Assembly: GCA_017645765.1 (NCBI GenBank)
Contig: JAGCNV010000058.1
Location: 57,778 to 121,777 of the forward strand
Source of the DNA: a bacterium
Lineage (GTDB): Bacteria; UBP6; UBA1177
Direction of reading: 5' to 3'
DNA: 64,000 nt
This document shows positions 48,073-57,656 of the stretch, in pieces. Every line of letters begins with the position of its first letter. Within the stretch, counting starts at the first letter, position 1. The position numbers and the translations under genes were made by a program. The notes below the pieces were generated by a model that worked only from the letters and a program-made list of their open reading frames with translations, did not search any database and was not told the origin of the DNA.

Positions 48073-50205
48073 ATGAAAAAAATTTTTATTCTCATTCTCG
48101 TTTTTCTATTTTTGTCATGCAGTAACAGCACAAAACACACTGCAGACAATGATTCCTATGTCGAAAATCATGATGCCGATGATATCGGATTTTCTGACGA
48201 AAACGATACGGAAACTGTCAATGAAGATATTGAAAACACCGAAAGATGCTATACCTGGACGGATGATGTTCCCGAAAATACAGACGATGAATATCCGAAA
48301 AATGACGATAATGAATATGAACCTCTTCAAGGAATATGCCTCGAAGAACCTTGCAAAAATGTTGAAAACGCGACAGGCAAGTGCCTTACGAAAGGTGAAA
48401 ACGGCGACTATGTCTGCGTCTGCAAAGAAAATCATGTCTGGTTTCCCGATAAAAAAAGCTGTGAACCGATAAGCTCTTTCAAAGGTTTGTCGTGCACCGG
48501 TCAGACAAAATGCTACGACAACGAAAAAGAGATCCCATGCCCCGAAGAGGGCGAACCTTTCTTCGGTCAGGATGCAAATTATGCCGAAAACGGATCGTGC
48601 CTTCCCCAGAATTTCACAATAAAACACTACGAATCCGGCACGACAGTTATTGACAACAATTCCAAACTTGAATGGACACGGCAGGTCTATGCAGTACAAA
48701 ACCATTACGTCAGGATTGTTGGAGGATATTACGACTGGAGAACACCGACTTTTCAGGATTACAACTCGATAATTGACAGCGGAACTTTTGCTCCGACCAT
48801 AAACGAGGCATACTTTCCCAACACTCCTTTAGACATTTTCGTTACAGAATCTTACGAGTATTTGAATCATACAGGACCTCAGGAGGGCTACTATTACTAT
48901 GTTATAAAAGGAATGAACTTCAAAACAGGACTCTCAGAATACAACACTTATGAATATGGAATCGGTATTCCGGAAACATTTAACTTCAGAAGTGTCCGAG
49001 ACCTGCCTGAAAAACCTGAATCCTGCGGAGTTAAACTGCAGGATGACGAATACAAACTCGTAAATCTTCTTCCGCAGAAACTTCTGCTTATCAGAACACC
49101 TGAAGAAGGCAAGAACTGGGAAGAAGCTCTTGCATACTGCGAAAACCTGACTTACGCTGGTATATCAGACTGGAGACTGCCCAACAGAAACGAAGCCTAC
49201 TTCAGCATATCTAAATTACGCAGTCAATATGAATCCCTTTTATGCTGGTCATCTACGACATATCCGGGAAACCCAACTCAAGCACTTTTCTACTCTGCCC
49301 CCGACTACATATTCACAGCCGGCAAAATCACAGGAAAAGCAAACGCAAACTGCTGCGTAGCCTTTGATCCGTGTCCTGAAGGTAAAATGTGGACCGGAGA
49401 AAAATGCACTTCATCCGAAGGTATCGCATTTAAAGATGACGAATGCGGATGCATTGAAGGATATACTTGGGAAGATTCGCATTGTGCAAAAACATGCAGC
49501 GACGATTTATGCAAAGACAAACCCCATTCAACAGGACTCTGTCTGCAAACGATTGACGACGGTGAATCTCAGAAAGTTAAGTGCCAGTGCGAAGAAAACT
49601 ATTTTCTGAACGAAAATTTCGAGTGCATAAACCCGTGCGACGCCGATCCGTGTTCAGGCAAGGAAGAATACGACGGAAGCTGCGTTCCGACAGGACTTAC
49701 CACTTTCACATGCGGCTGCAGTACAGGCTACTATCCCAAATCAAACAACTGTATTCCGGTAAAATATAATGACTGTTACACCGAGTATAATGATGATGCC
49801 TGCATCAACGATGTTAGCAATATAATGTGGTCTTCAATATCCGACGGCATTTTAACATGGAAAGATGCAAAAAAACATTGTGACGATCTTGAAGAAGCAG
49901 GATATAACGACTGGAGACTTCCTAAGGTCGAAGAACTCTGGACTTTTGCGAGATCGTGCAACAGTATTCCTAAAGAATCCTGCGAAGCCAGCGAAAAAAA
50001 CTGCTGCCTTTCCGAAGAATGCATCGCACAGTGTAAATGTAAGATTTATCGGGAACCCAACCCTGTTGACTATTTATGGTCATCATCCTTCAAAATAGAC
50101 GATCCCCAAAAAGTCATAATCTTTTACAAATATTACGCTATTCTGCAATTCTTCGACATAAAAACAGATGCCGCCAAGGTCAAATGCGTAAGGAATATTG
50201 AGTGA
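48073..50205 (+). CDS. Large lipoprotein with DUF1566 / Fib_succ_major-type domains and EGF-like Cys-rich modules
   Basis: AGGAGG RBS, then MKKIFILILVFLFLSCSNS lipobox. Three DUF1566-like motifs (...NWEEALAYCENLTYAGISDWRLPNRNEAYF...; ...LTWKDAKKHCDDLEEAGYNDWRLPKVEELW...). Four EGF-like units (CGCIEGYTWEDSHC, CQCEENYFLNENFEC, CGCSTGYYPKSNNC). The track ORF start overlaps the upstream gene. Confidence 0.75.
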   Translation: MKKIFILILVFLFLSCSNSTKHTADNDSYVENHDADDIGFSDENDTETVNEDIENTERCYTWTDDVPENTDDEYPKNDDNEYEPLQGICLEEPCKNVENATGKCLTKGENGDYVCVCKENHVWFPDKKSCEPISSFKGLSCTGQTKCYDNEKEIPCPEEGEPFFGQDANYAENGSCLPQNFTIKHYESGTTVIDNNSKLEWTRQVYAVQNHYVRIVGGYYDWRTPTFQDYNSIIDSGTFAPTINEAYFPNTPLDIFVTESYEYLNHTGPQEGYYYYVIKGMNFKTGLSEYNTYEYGIGIPETFNFRSVRDLPEKPESCGVKLQDDEYKLVNLLPQKLLLIRTPEEGKNWEEALAYCENLTYAGISDWRLPNRNEAYFSISKLRSQYESLLCWSSTTYPGNPTQALFYSAPDYIFTAGKITGKANANCCVAFDPCPEGKMWTGEKCTSSEGIAFKDDECGCIEGYTWEDSHCAKTCSDDLCKDKPHSTGLCLQTIDDGESQKVKCQCEENYFLNENFECINPCDADPCSGKEEYDGSCVPTGLTTFTCGCSTGYYPKSNNCIPVKYNDCYTEYNDDACINDVSNIMWSSISDGILTWKDAKKHCDDLEEAGYNDWRLPKVEELWTFARSCNSIPKESCEASEKNCCLSEECIAQCKCKIYREPNPVDYLWSSSFKIDDPQKVIIFYKYYAILQFFDIKTDAAKVKCVRNIE

Positions 50206-50208
50206 AAT

Positions 50209-52584
50209 TTACCCGAACAAAACTTTGAAAACGTCGCTGTATTCCTTGACAAAAACAACGTCTATACCCGATTTTATCTCGTCTTCGATGCTTTCATAAA
50301 GGGCTCTGTTCTGCTCGGGAATAAGGACTTTGGTCACTTCGTTGCGTTTCGCGGCGAGAAGTTTTTCCTTGAGACCGCCGATGGGAAGGACTTCGCCGGT
50401 GAGGCTGATCTCTCCTGTCATAGCTATTTTAGGATCTATTGCCTTACCTGAAAACAGGCTGAGAAGAGCCGAAGTTATCGCGATCCCGGCACTCGGGCCG
50501 TCTTTCGGTGTCGCTCCTGCCGGAAAGTGGATGTGGATATCCTTGTCGCTTATCGTGAAATCGCCGCCAAGCCCGAATTTAGCCGCGTTGCTGCGGATGA
50601 ATGAAAGTGCGATGCGAGCCGATTCCTGCATGACTTCGCCCAGTTTTCCGGTGAGAAGGAGGTTCCCGCTTCCTTTCATCGAGTTCGCTTCGATTTTGAG
50701 TGTCGCGCCGCCAAACTGTGTCCATGCAAGGCCGGTGATGACTCCTACCCTCTTTTCCTCATCGAAATCGTGCTCAGAAAACGGCGGAAGTTTCAGATAC
50801 TGCTCTACAACTTTCGGGGTGATCTTCTTAGCGAAATCCTTTTTCTGCACTTTGAGAGTGACGGTTTTGCGACAGATCGAGCCGATGCACCTTTCAAGGT
50901 TTCTGACACCAGCTTCACGGGTGTATCTTCTCGAAATGAAAAGAAGCGCCTCTTTCGTGAACTGGATCTCTTTCGGTGCGAGACCGTTGTTTTCAAGCTG
51001 ACGAGGAATGAGATATTTCTTAGCGATTTCAATACGTTCAAGGTCTGTATAGCCCGAAAGATGAATTATTTCCATTCTGTCTTTCAAAGGTTCAGGAATG
51101 GTGTCCTCCCAGTTTGCAGTCGCAATGAAAAAGACTTTGCTGAGGTCAAACGGAAGGCCGATGTAGTTGTCTAAAAACGAGAAATTCTGCTCCGGATCAA
51201 GCACTTCAAGCAGTGCCGACGAAGGATCGCCGCGGAAATCCTTGCCAAGCTTGTCGATCTCGTCAAGCATGAAAACGGGGTTATTCGATTTGCAGGTCGT
51301 AAGCCCTTTCAGGATCTTTCCCTGCATCGCGCCGACATAAGTCCGCCTGTGACCGCGGATCTCTGCCTCATCGTGCAAGCCGCCGAGACTCAAGCGGTAG
51401 AATTTGCGCTTCAAAGCGCGCGCAATCGACTTTCCGAGCGAGGTTTTGCCCACTCCGGGAGGCCCTACAAAGCAGAGGATCGGAGATTTCGAATTCTGGT
51501 CGCCCTTTATCTGACGCACTGCAAGAAATTCCAGGATCCTTTCTTTGACATCTTCAAGCCCGTAGTGATCGGCCTGGAGCACTTTTTCGGCCTCGTTTAT
51601 ATCCTTGTTGTCCTCTGTCGAATCCTTCCACGGCAAATCAAAAACAGAGTCGATCCACGATGAAAGCATCGATGAATCCTGCGAAAAAGGACTCATGCTC
51701 TTAAGCCTGTCGACCTGTTTTCTGACTTCTGTCGCAGCGTATTCAGGCAGAATGTTCTGAGCCAATTTTTTCTCGTAATCCTGAATACTTGCCGAAAACG
51801 GATCGCTTTCTCCAAGCTCGCTCTGGATCTGCTTTATCTGCTCGCGCAGGATCATGTCTTTCTGCCCCTTGTCGAGCCGCGCCATCGTCTTGCGCTTGAT
51901 ATCGTTTTTCACCTGCATGAAAGCAAGTGCGTCCTCAAGCGCCTTATGCACTAAATTCAGCTTTTTTAGCGGCGAATTTTCTTCCAGAACTTTCTGAAGT
52001 TCTTCGGTATTCCGAATGAAATTTGAAGCAACAAACTCAGCTAACCTTGCAGGATCGCTGATATTTTTCAAATCTTTAAGAACCGCAGGAGGAAAGGCGT
52101 TAAGCGAGCCTATCGCGTTGAAAAGCTCCCGCGTGTCAATAACGGCAGTGCGGAGAAGCTGCTCGTCCTTCGCCTCGAGGAAGTTATTTTCTTCAACGAC
52201 CTCGACTCTCGCGAAACTCATGTCAAAAACAGGATTGAAAAGAACCCCTTTTATTGCAACTTTCTTCAAACCTTTCAGCAGAATGTTGCCGCGTCCGTTA
52301 CCTTCGGTATTTTCTCTCACAACCGCAGCAACTGTTCCGATTGAGTAGACATTTTCCATACTTACGATTCTAGGAAGCAGACTTTTGTCTTCCCCGTGAT
52401 GCTTTTCAGCAACCACAACAATATAATTTCCGGTCGATTCCGCCGCACGCAGCAGATTCGCGAAAATCTTCTCGTTCGGAGCCGCGATCCCCATCAGCAT
52501 GAACGGAAAAAGCACACCTTCCTTGATCACGAAAACGGGTAAAGTCGCAGGAATTTCAGTCATCATAAAATTTTCAGAACTCAT
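50209..52584 (-). CDS. lon: ATP-dependent Lon protease (endopeptidase La)
   Basis: N-terminal LON domain, Walker A GPPGVGKTSLGKSIARAL, and proteolytic Ser in PKDGPSAGIAITSALLS. GAGGTG RBS before ATG 52584. Confidence 0.95.
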   Translation of the reverse strand: MSSENFMMTEIPATLPVFVIKEGVLFPFMLMGIAAPNEKIFANLLRAAESTGNYIVVVAEKHHGEDKSLLPRIVSMENVYSIGTVAAVVRENTEGNGRGNILLKGLKKVAIKGVLFNPVFDMSFARVEVVEENNFLEAKDEQLLRTAVIDTRELFNAIGSLNAFPPAVLKDLKNISDPARLAEFVASNFIRNTEELQKVLEENSPLKKLNLVHKALEDALAFMQVKNDIKRKTMARLDKGQKDMILREQIKQIQSELGESDPFSASIQDYEKKLAQNILPEYAATEVRKQVDRLKSMSPFSQDSSMLSSWIDSVFDLPWKDSTEDNKDINEAEKVLQADHYGLEDVKERILEFLAVRQIKGDQNSKSPILCFVGPPGVGKTSLGKSIARALKRKFYRLSLGGLHDEAEIRGHRRTYVGAMQGKILKGLTTCKSNNPVFMLDEIDKLGKDFRGDPSSALLEVLDPEQNFSFLDNYIGLPFDLSKVFFIATANWEDTIPEPLKDRMEIIHLSGYTDLERIEIAKKYLIPRQLENNGLAPKEIQFTKEALLFISRRYTREAGVRNLERCIGSICRKTVTLKVQKKDFAKKITPKVVEQYLKLPPFSEHDFDEEKRVGVITGLAWTQFGGATLKIEANSMKGSGNLLLTGKLGEVMQESARIALSFIRSNAAKFGLGGDFTISDKDIHIHFPAGATPKDGPSAGIAITSALLSLFSGKAIDPKIAMTGEISLTGEVLPIGGLKEKLLAAKRNEVTKVLIPEQNRALYESIEDEIKSGIDVVFVKEYSDVFKVLFG

Positions 52585-52727
52585 TTTCACCTCGCTGGCA
52601 CAATAAAACGGCAAAGTAAATAAGCGCGGTTTTGAGAAAGTCAACCTCGGGCACGATTTTTTTGAACATCTTGAATTTTCGTAAAGTTATGTTAAAAAGC
52701 AAGCCTTGTCTGCTTAAGGAGGAATTC

Positions 52728-53579
52728 ATGGCGGAAAAAACGGGAATCGTTATGGAAGGCGGCGCAATGCGCGGAATGTTCACAACCGGCGTGCTCGATG
52801 TTCTTATGGAAAACAACATTACTTTTGACGGTGCGATCGGAGTATCAGCCGGTGCGACTTTCGGCTGCAATCTGAAGTCGAAACAGATCGGAAGAGCGAT
52901 ACGCTATAATCTGAAATATGCCGGTGACAAGCGCTACTGCAGCTTTCATTCGCTTTTCACTTCGGGCGATCTTTACAATGTCGATTTCTGCTACAATCAG
53001 ATTCCGAACAAACTCGATCTGTTTGACTACGAAACCTACATCAACAATCCGATGGAGTTTTATGTCGTTGTCACCGATGCAGACACCGGAACCACACATT
53101 ACAAAAAATTAGTCGACTGCCGCGAAGAAGATACTCTCTGGATGAGAGCTTCAGCCTCGATGCCCGGTGTTTCAAGACCTGTTGAAATAGAAGGAAAAAA
53201 ATATATTGACGGCGGCTCGACCGATTCGATCCCGCTCGAATACTTCGAAAGTATCGGCTTTACAAAAAATGTTGTAGTCCTCACCCAGCCACGCGATTTT
53301 ACAAAACAGCCGATAAAACTTCTGCCGCTGATGAAAATCCTGCTCCGCAAATATCCTGCACTCATAAAGGCTCTGACCGTCCGCCACGAAGTCTACAACG
53401 AACAGAGACGCTATATTTTTTCACGCGAAAAAGATGGCGCGGCATTTATCATCTGCCCCGAAAAACCGCTCGGAATCAAAAGAACAGAAAAGGACAAAAG
53501 CGAACTCAAGCGAGTTTACGAAGAAGGACGCGCAGTTGCAATGAAATACCTTGAGGAAATCAAAAAATTCTTGTCGTGA
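52728..53579 (+). CDS. Patatin-like phospholipase
   Basis: AAGGAGG RBS. MEGGAMRGMFTTGVLD (GGxxRG oxyanion hole), GVSAG nucleophile elbow and DGG catalytic Asp motif (YIDGGSTDSIPL). Confidence 0.8.
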   Translation: MAEKTGIVMEGGAMRGMFTTGVLDVLMENNITFDGAIGVSAGATFGCNLKSKQIGRAIRYNLKYAGDKRYCSFHSLFTSGDLYNVDFCYNQIPNKLDLFDYETYINNPMEFYVVVTDADTGTTHYKKLVDCREEDTLWMRASASMPGVSRPVEIEGKKYIDGGSTDSIPLEYFESIGFTKNVVVLTQPRDFTKQPIKLLPLMKILLRKYPALIKALTVRHEVYNEQRRYIFSREKDGAAFIICPEKPLGIKRTEKDKSELKRVYEEGRAVAMKYLEEIKKFLS

Positions 53580-53599
53580 CGACGAAACGACGTGACGAC

Positions 53600-53700
53600 G
53601 TGATGTTGATTCGCGCCGTCGAAATTTCGATATTTCGAGACTTCGATATTTCGATACTATTCTGCGGAGCAAATCGATACTTCGAAATTTCGACACAATT
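53600..53700. repeat. Imperfect palindrome / 8-bp periodic TTCGANAT repeat in the convergent intergenic region
   Basis: gtcgaaatttcgatatttcgagacttcgatatttcgatac ... atcgatacttcgaaatttcgac. The 13-nt arms GTCGAAATTTCGA / TCGAAATTTCGAC are inverted copies. Same octamer periodicity as the coding repeats at 18150-18470. Confidence 0.7.
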
Positions 53701-53713
53701 TTCCGGCGCGAAA

Positions 53714-54619
53714 TCACTCTATGTCTTTGACCGGCAGAAAGCCCTGCCCGTAAATTTCGTTTGTCTGGAAAATTATGATGAAAGCCTGCGGATCGATCGA
53801 TTTGATGTATTCCTTGAGAAATGCCGATTCGCGTCTGCTGACCGCCGTGAAGATGATTTTGCGCTCGTCATCCTTGAACATTCCGCGCCCGTGAATCATC
53901 GTTCCGCCGCGGCGCATCTGGTTAAGCAGCTTCTCCTTGACCTCGTCGTACTTGTTTGAAATGATGAAAATTCCTTTGTAGTACGAAGTTCCCTCAAGGA
54001 TTACGTCAAGCACTTTCGCTGTCGTAAACTGCGCGACTATCGCGTAAACTATCATTTTGAAAAACTCGGTCGTTTCTGGATTTTTGATATGGATAGACAA
54101 AGCACCGAGCGAAAGAAAAATTATGTTTGTGAAAAGAACGACTTTTCCTGTCGAGAATTTGAATTTCACGTGGAAAAGCTGGGCGATGATGTCAGTACCT
54201 CCGGTTGTCGCCTTCGCCTTGAAAATCGAAGCAACACCTGCTCCGACCAATGTTCCGCCGATGATGCAGCTCAAAAAAATGTCGTCTGTCAGCGTCACAT
54301 CGTGCCAGAAATAGTTCATTCCGTCGTTGAAAAGCGAAAGAAGCGTCATCCCGAGAATTGTTTTGTAGCCGAAACGGTTGCCAAGAACCTTCATTCCAAG
54401 CAGGATAAGCGGGATATTCATGATTATCGTGAGAAGACCGACCGGAATACCGACCAGGTGATAGAAAACACTGCTGAGACCCATGAGTCCGCCAGGAATT
54501 ATTTTATAAGGAATAAGAAAAAAGTTGTAGCCGAAAGCGGCGATCAGCGCTCCCTGAATGATCAAATATAAACTTTTGAACCACTCTTTCGAAAAGAGTT
54601 TGTCTGCATAAAGAAGCAT
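53714..54619 (-). CDS. YitT-family (DUF161/DUF2179) membrane protein
   Basis: ...IQGALIAAFGYNFFLIPYKIIPGGLMGLSSVFYHL... is typical of YitT family integral membrane proteins. 301 aa. Confidence 0.75.
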   Translation of the reverse strand: MLLYADKLFSKEWFKSLYLIIQGALIAAFGYNFFLIPYKIIPGGLMGLSSVFYHLVGIPVGLLTIIMNIPLILLGMKVLGNRFGYKTILGMTLLSLFNDGMNYFWHDVTLTDDIFLSCIIGGTLVGAGVASIFKAKATTGGTDIIAQLFHVKFKFSTGKVVLFTNIIFLSLGALSIHIKNPETTEFFKMIVYAIVAQFTTAKVLDVILEGTSYYKGIFIISNKYDEVKEKLLNQMRRGGTMIHGRGMFKDDERKIIFTAVSRRESAFLKEYIKSIDPQAFIIIFQTNEIYGQGFLPVKDIE

Positions 54620-54624
54620 TAAAA

Positions 54625-55596
54625 CTACTCCTGATCAGCGTTGTTTCTGACATACCAGCGGTAAACTTTTTCGATTCCGTCGGTGAGAGATGTGCGGGGT
54701 TTCCAGCCGAAACTTTTTATTTTGGAAATGTCGAGAAGTTTCTGCGGCGTTCCGTCCGGCTTTGAGGTATCCCAAACGATATCTCCGTCGTAACCGACAA
54801 TATCTTTAATGATAAACGCGAGCTCGTAAATAGTGAGATCGGTGCCTGTTCCGATGTTGATGTGAGTGTTGCGGATCTCATTCATTCCTTTGGTCAAATC
54901 TGAAAATGAGACTTCTTCCATGATTTTGACGACTGCTTCGGCCAAATCACCGCTGTAAAGGAACTCTCTGCGCGGCTTGCCTGTTCCCCAAAGCTCGACG
55001 AAATCGCGTCCCTGCACTTTCGCCTCGTGGAATTTTCTTATCATACTCGGCAGAACATGGCCGTTCTCGATGTCGAAAGTGTCGTTTTCGCCGTAAAGAT
55101 TGGTCGGCATGACTGAAATGAAGTCGGTTCCGTACTGAATATTGTAGGATTCGCACATTTTGAGCCCTGCGATTTTGGCGATCGCGTAAGGCTCGTTCGT
55201 ATATTCGAGTTCGCTCGTGAGAAGCGCGTTTTCACTCATCGGCTGCGGAGCGAACTTCGGATAGATGCAGCTGGAACCGAGGAAAAGAAGTTTTTTCACG
55301 CCGAACTTGTATGAATTGTGGATCACGTTCGATTCGATCATAAGGTTGTTGTAGATCATGTCAGCGCGGAAACTGTTGTTCGCACCTATTCCGCCGACAC
55401 GCGCCGCCGCAAGAAAAACGTATTCCGGTCTGCTTTCGGCGAAAAACTTTTCCGTTTCAACCTGATTTGTAAGGTCAAGCTCCGAAGAAGTCTTCATAAT
55501 AAGATTGTTGTAACCTTTTGACTTAAGCTCACGGACAAGCGCGCTGCCGACAAGCCCTTTGTGACCTGCAACGAAAATCAAAGAATTTTTTTCCAT
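54625..55596 (-). CDS. fcl: GDP-L-fucose synthase (GDP-4-keto-6-deoxy-D-mannose 3,5-epimerase/4-reductase)
   Basis: IFVAGHKGLVGSAL (NAD-binding GxxGxxG) and SSCIYP...YAIAK (SxnYxxxK). Length ~323 aa; strong similarity to Fcl/WcaG. GGGAG RBS. Confidence 0.85.
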   Translation of the reverse strand: MEKNSLIFVAGHKGLVGSALVRELKSKGYNNLIMKTSSELDLTNQVETEKFFAESRPEYVFLAAARVGGIGANNSFRADMIYNNLMIESNVIHNSYKFGVKKLLFLGSSCIYPKFAPQPMSENALLTSELEYTNEPYAIAKIAGLKMCESYNIQYGTDFISVMPTNLYGENDTFDIENGHVLPSMIRKFHEAKVQGRDFVELWGTGKPRREFLYSGDLAEAVVKIMEEVSFSDLTKGMNEIRNTHINIGTGTDLTIYELAFIIKDIVGYDGDIVWDTSKPDGTPQKLLDISKIKSFGWKPRTSLTDGIEKVYRWYVRNNADQE

Positions 55597-55650
55597 AAGA
55601 CACTCCCAAAACAAAAAACCGGGGCAATATAACACCTTTAATTAAATAAG

Positions 55651-55723
55651 TCGAGATTAAGAGATCTCGGAAATCAGACCGCAGCCATCGGGATTCCGAT
55701 ATTCCTTAATTTCAGGATATCGG
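55651..55723. promoter_or_regulatory. Two palindromic operator-like elements in the divergent fcl / lipoprotein-triplet control region
   Basis: TCGAGATtaagagATCTCGG (55651-55670) and TCCGATATtcc-ttaatttca-ggATATCGG (55695-55723). Confidence 0.35.
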
Positions 55724-55752
55724 CAGGATATGGCAACAAGTAAAAAAAGCAT

Positions 55753-55780
55753 TTGATTTTTTTTCGTTTCTGCTTAAAAT
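55753..55780 (+). promoter_or_regulatory. Candidate promoter (TTGATT-16-TAAAAT) for the first gene of the lipoprotein triplet
   Basis: -35 at 55753-55758 and -10 at 55775-55780, about 35 nt before the ATG at 55815. Confidence 0.3.
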
Positions 55781-55814
55781 TTCTTGTTTTATTGTGTTGA
55801 TTTTGGAGTTTTAC

Positions 55815-57557
55815 ATGAAAAGATGTTATTTTTTTCCAATTTTGGCAATCCTAATTCTTTTTGTTTCATGCGCAAGTGAAGATGACGAAAACGAAAGCGG
55901 CAATCAAGTTAATGAAGCATGTTCTTCAAATATTGACTGCCCGATAGGCTATGTCTGCGACAAGGAAAAGAAAATCTGCACAGACAAACCGGAAAACGGT
56001 GGAGACGATGGCAGCGATAACGGCGATAACGGCGACAGCGACACCGGCAATAACGGTGAAAACGGTGATACAGACAGTACCACTCCCGGCAAACAGGACG
56101 GAGACGACGATCCGATAACAGGAAACTGCACTCCGGGTAAAAAGCAGACATGCGAGTATCAGGGCGATCCGGCCACTGAAAACGTAGGTCCGTGCAAAGC
56201 CGGAATCAGAACCTGCAAAGATGACGGAACCTGGGGTCACTGTGAAGGCGAAGTCCTTCCGGTAAACGAGATCGGAAGCGAACTCTGCGGCAACGGAATC
56301 GATGACGACTGCAACGGTGTCGTTGACGACGGAACCGACATCGACGGCGACGGCTACGGTGCATGCAAGGACTGCTGCGAAATTGCTGACGATTGCAACG
56401 GCTACGACCCGGCAACAATAAACCCGGCCGGTGCCGAAATTTCAGACAACGGAGTAGACGACAACTGCAACGGTCAAATTGACGAAGATCCTTCCTGCGA
56501 CGGCTCCGACGAACCGCTCCAGCTTAACGATTACCCTGGCAACGCGATAAAACTCGCCCACGCGATGGGAATCTGCGGTGACCAGCTTGTTTCTGCCGAA
56601 ATTTCACTCGCAGGACCTGCCGCAACCGAATCAATTGCTGATGAGCAGTGCATAAGTATCAGCGGCAGCGGAAACAAAATTTCCAGACAAAGTCTTCCTA
56701 TGCCGTATTACACCAGCGATTACCAGACTTTTGCCGCAACTACAAAGTTCGGCAACAATATCACACCGAAAGAAGGCTCTAAAATAGCCATTCTGTCCAC
56801 TGGAGACTGGGATAATCCGACACAGGAATTCAAATGTGCCAAACTCTCTTCCGGCGACATGAAAACAGCCAGCAAAGTCCCTGAAGACTGGATGAACATG
56901 ATGCCGGGCTGCACTATTCCAAGATCACCTTCATGCGGAGGAACAGTTGTTGAAGACGGTCTCACAAACCAGTGCGCAGGAAAAGAACTTCCGACGGTTC
57001 AGGATCCTATAATGCTCACACTAAAAATCAAAGTGCCGATGAATGCGCGAGCTTTCCAGTTCAACATTTTCTTCCTCTCGGCTGAATATCCTGGAACCGT
57101 ATGTGCAGACGGAGCCTTCAACGACTTTTTCTTCGCTCTTCTTGATTCGGAACACAATACAAAATATCCGGACGATGAATACCAGAATCCTTACGATAAA
57201 AACCTTGGAAAAGATGCGAAAGGCAACTTTGTAGGTATCGATCTCGCTCCTCAAGGGCTTTTCACAGTCTGCAACGCGAGCGACAGTTCAAACGAATATG
57301 CTTCGTTCTGCACTGAAGGTGCAACACTTCTTCAGGGAACAGGCTTTGACGGCATGAGTGCAGGCAGCGGCGGCACCGGCTGGCTCACGACACGCGGAAA
57401 TGTCGTTCCCGGCGAAACAATAACCTTGAGACTTGCGATTTTCGAACAAGGAACTGTCTGGACTTACGGTTCCGACCATTCATACGATTCGACGGTTCTT
57501 CTCGACGGTTTCAAGTGGCTTCCGAACCCTGCAAAAGCGGGAACCAGTCAATACTAA
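55815..57557 (+). CDS. Lipoprotein, member 1 of a tandem triplet: Gly/Asp/Asn-rich linker, Cys-rich MopE-like putative metal-binding module, conserved C-terminal domain ending GTSQY
   Basis: GGAG RBS, then MKRCYFFPILAILILFVSCASEDD lipobox. Cys-rich core ...CTPGKKQTCEYQGDPATENVGPCKAGIRTCKDDGTWGHCEGEVLPVNEIGSELCGNGIDDDCNGVVDDGTDIDGDGYGACKDCCE... (CDG/DDDC-N-G-xxDD repeats). Confidence 0.7.
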   Translation: MKRCYFFPILAILILFVSCASEDDENESGNQVNEACSSNIDCPIGYVCDKEKKICTDKPENGGDDGSDNGDNGDSDTGNNGENGDTDSTTPGKQDGDDDPITGNCTPGKKQTCEYQGDPATENVGPCKAGIRTCKDDGTWGHCEGEVLPVNEIGSELCGNGIDDDCNGVVDDGTDIDGDGYGACKDCCEIADDCNGYDPATINPAGAEISDNGVDDNCNGQIDEDPSCDGSDEPLQLNDYPGNAIKLAHAMGICGDQLVSAEISLAGPAATESIADEQCISISGSGNKISRQSLPMPYYTSDYQTFAATTKFGNNITPKEGSKIAILSTGDWDNPTQEFKCAKLSSGDMKTASKVPEDWMNMMPGCTIPRSPSCGGTVVEDGLTNQCAGKELPTVQDPIMLTLKIKVPMNARAFQFNIFFLSAEYPGTVCADGAFNDFFFALLDSEHNTKYPDDEYQNPYDKNLGKDAKGNFVGIDLAPQGLFTVCNASDSSNEYASFCTEGATLLQGTGFDGMSAGSGGTGWLTTRGNVVPGETITLRLAIFEQGTVWTYGSDHSYDSTVLLDGFKWLPNPAKAGTSQY

Positions 57558-57595
57558 GAATAAATCTTCAAAAACAAAATCACTAACAAATTCCC

Positions 57596-57624
57596 TTGAT
57601 TATTTTCTCTCACCAAATTATAAT
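57596..57624 (+). promoter_or_regulatory. Candidate promoter (TTGATT-17-TATAAT) for the second triplet gene
   Basis: -35 at 57596-57601 and -10 at 57619-57624. The gene starts at 57657 after a GGAGG RBS. Confidence 0.3.
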
Positions 57625-57656
57625 AACACAATTTTGTTTTCCGATTGGAGGATGCT

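Noticed and set aside
39222-51001. Antisense ORFs 39222-40013(-), 42995-43666(+), 45248-46114(+), 50330-51001(+)
   Set aside because: They overlap hslU, lon, the DUF1566 gene and the PilZ/membrane-protein genes respectively, on the opposite strand. Low-complexity translations and no start context.
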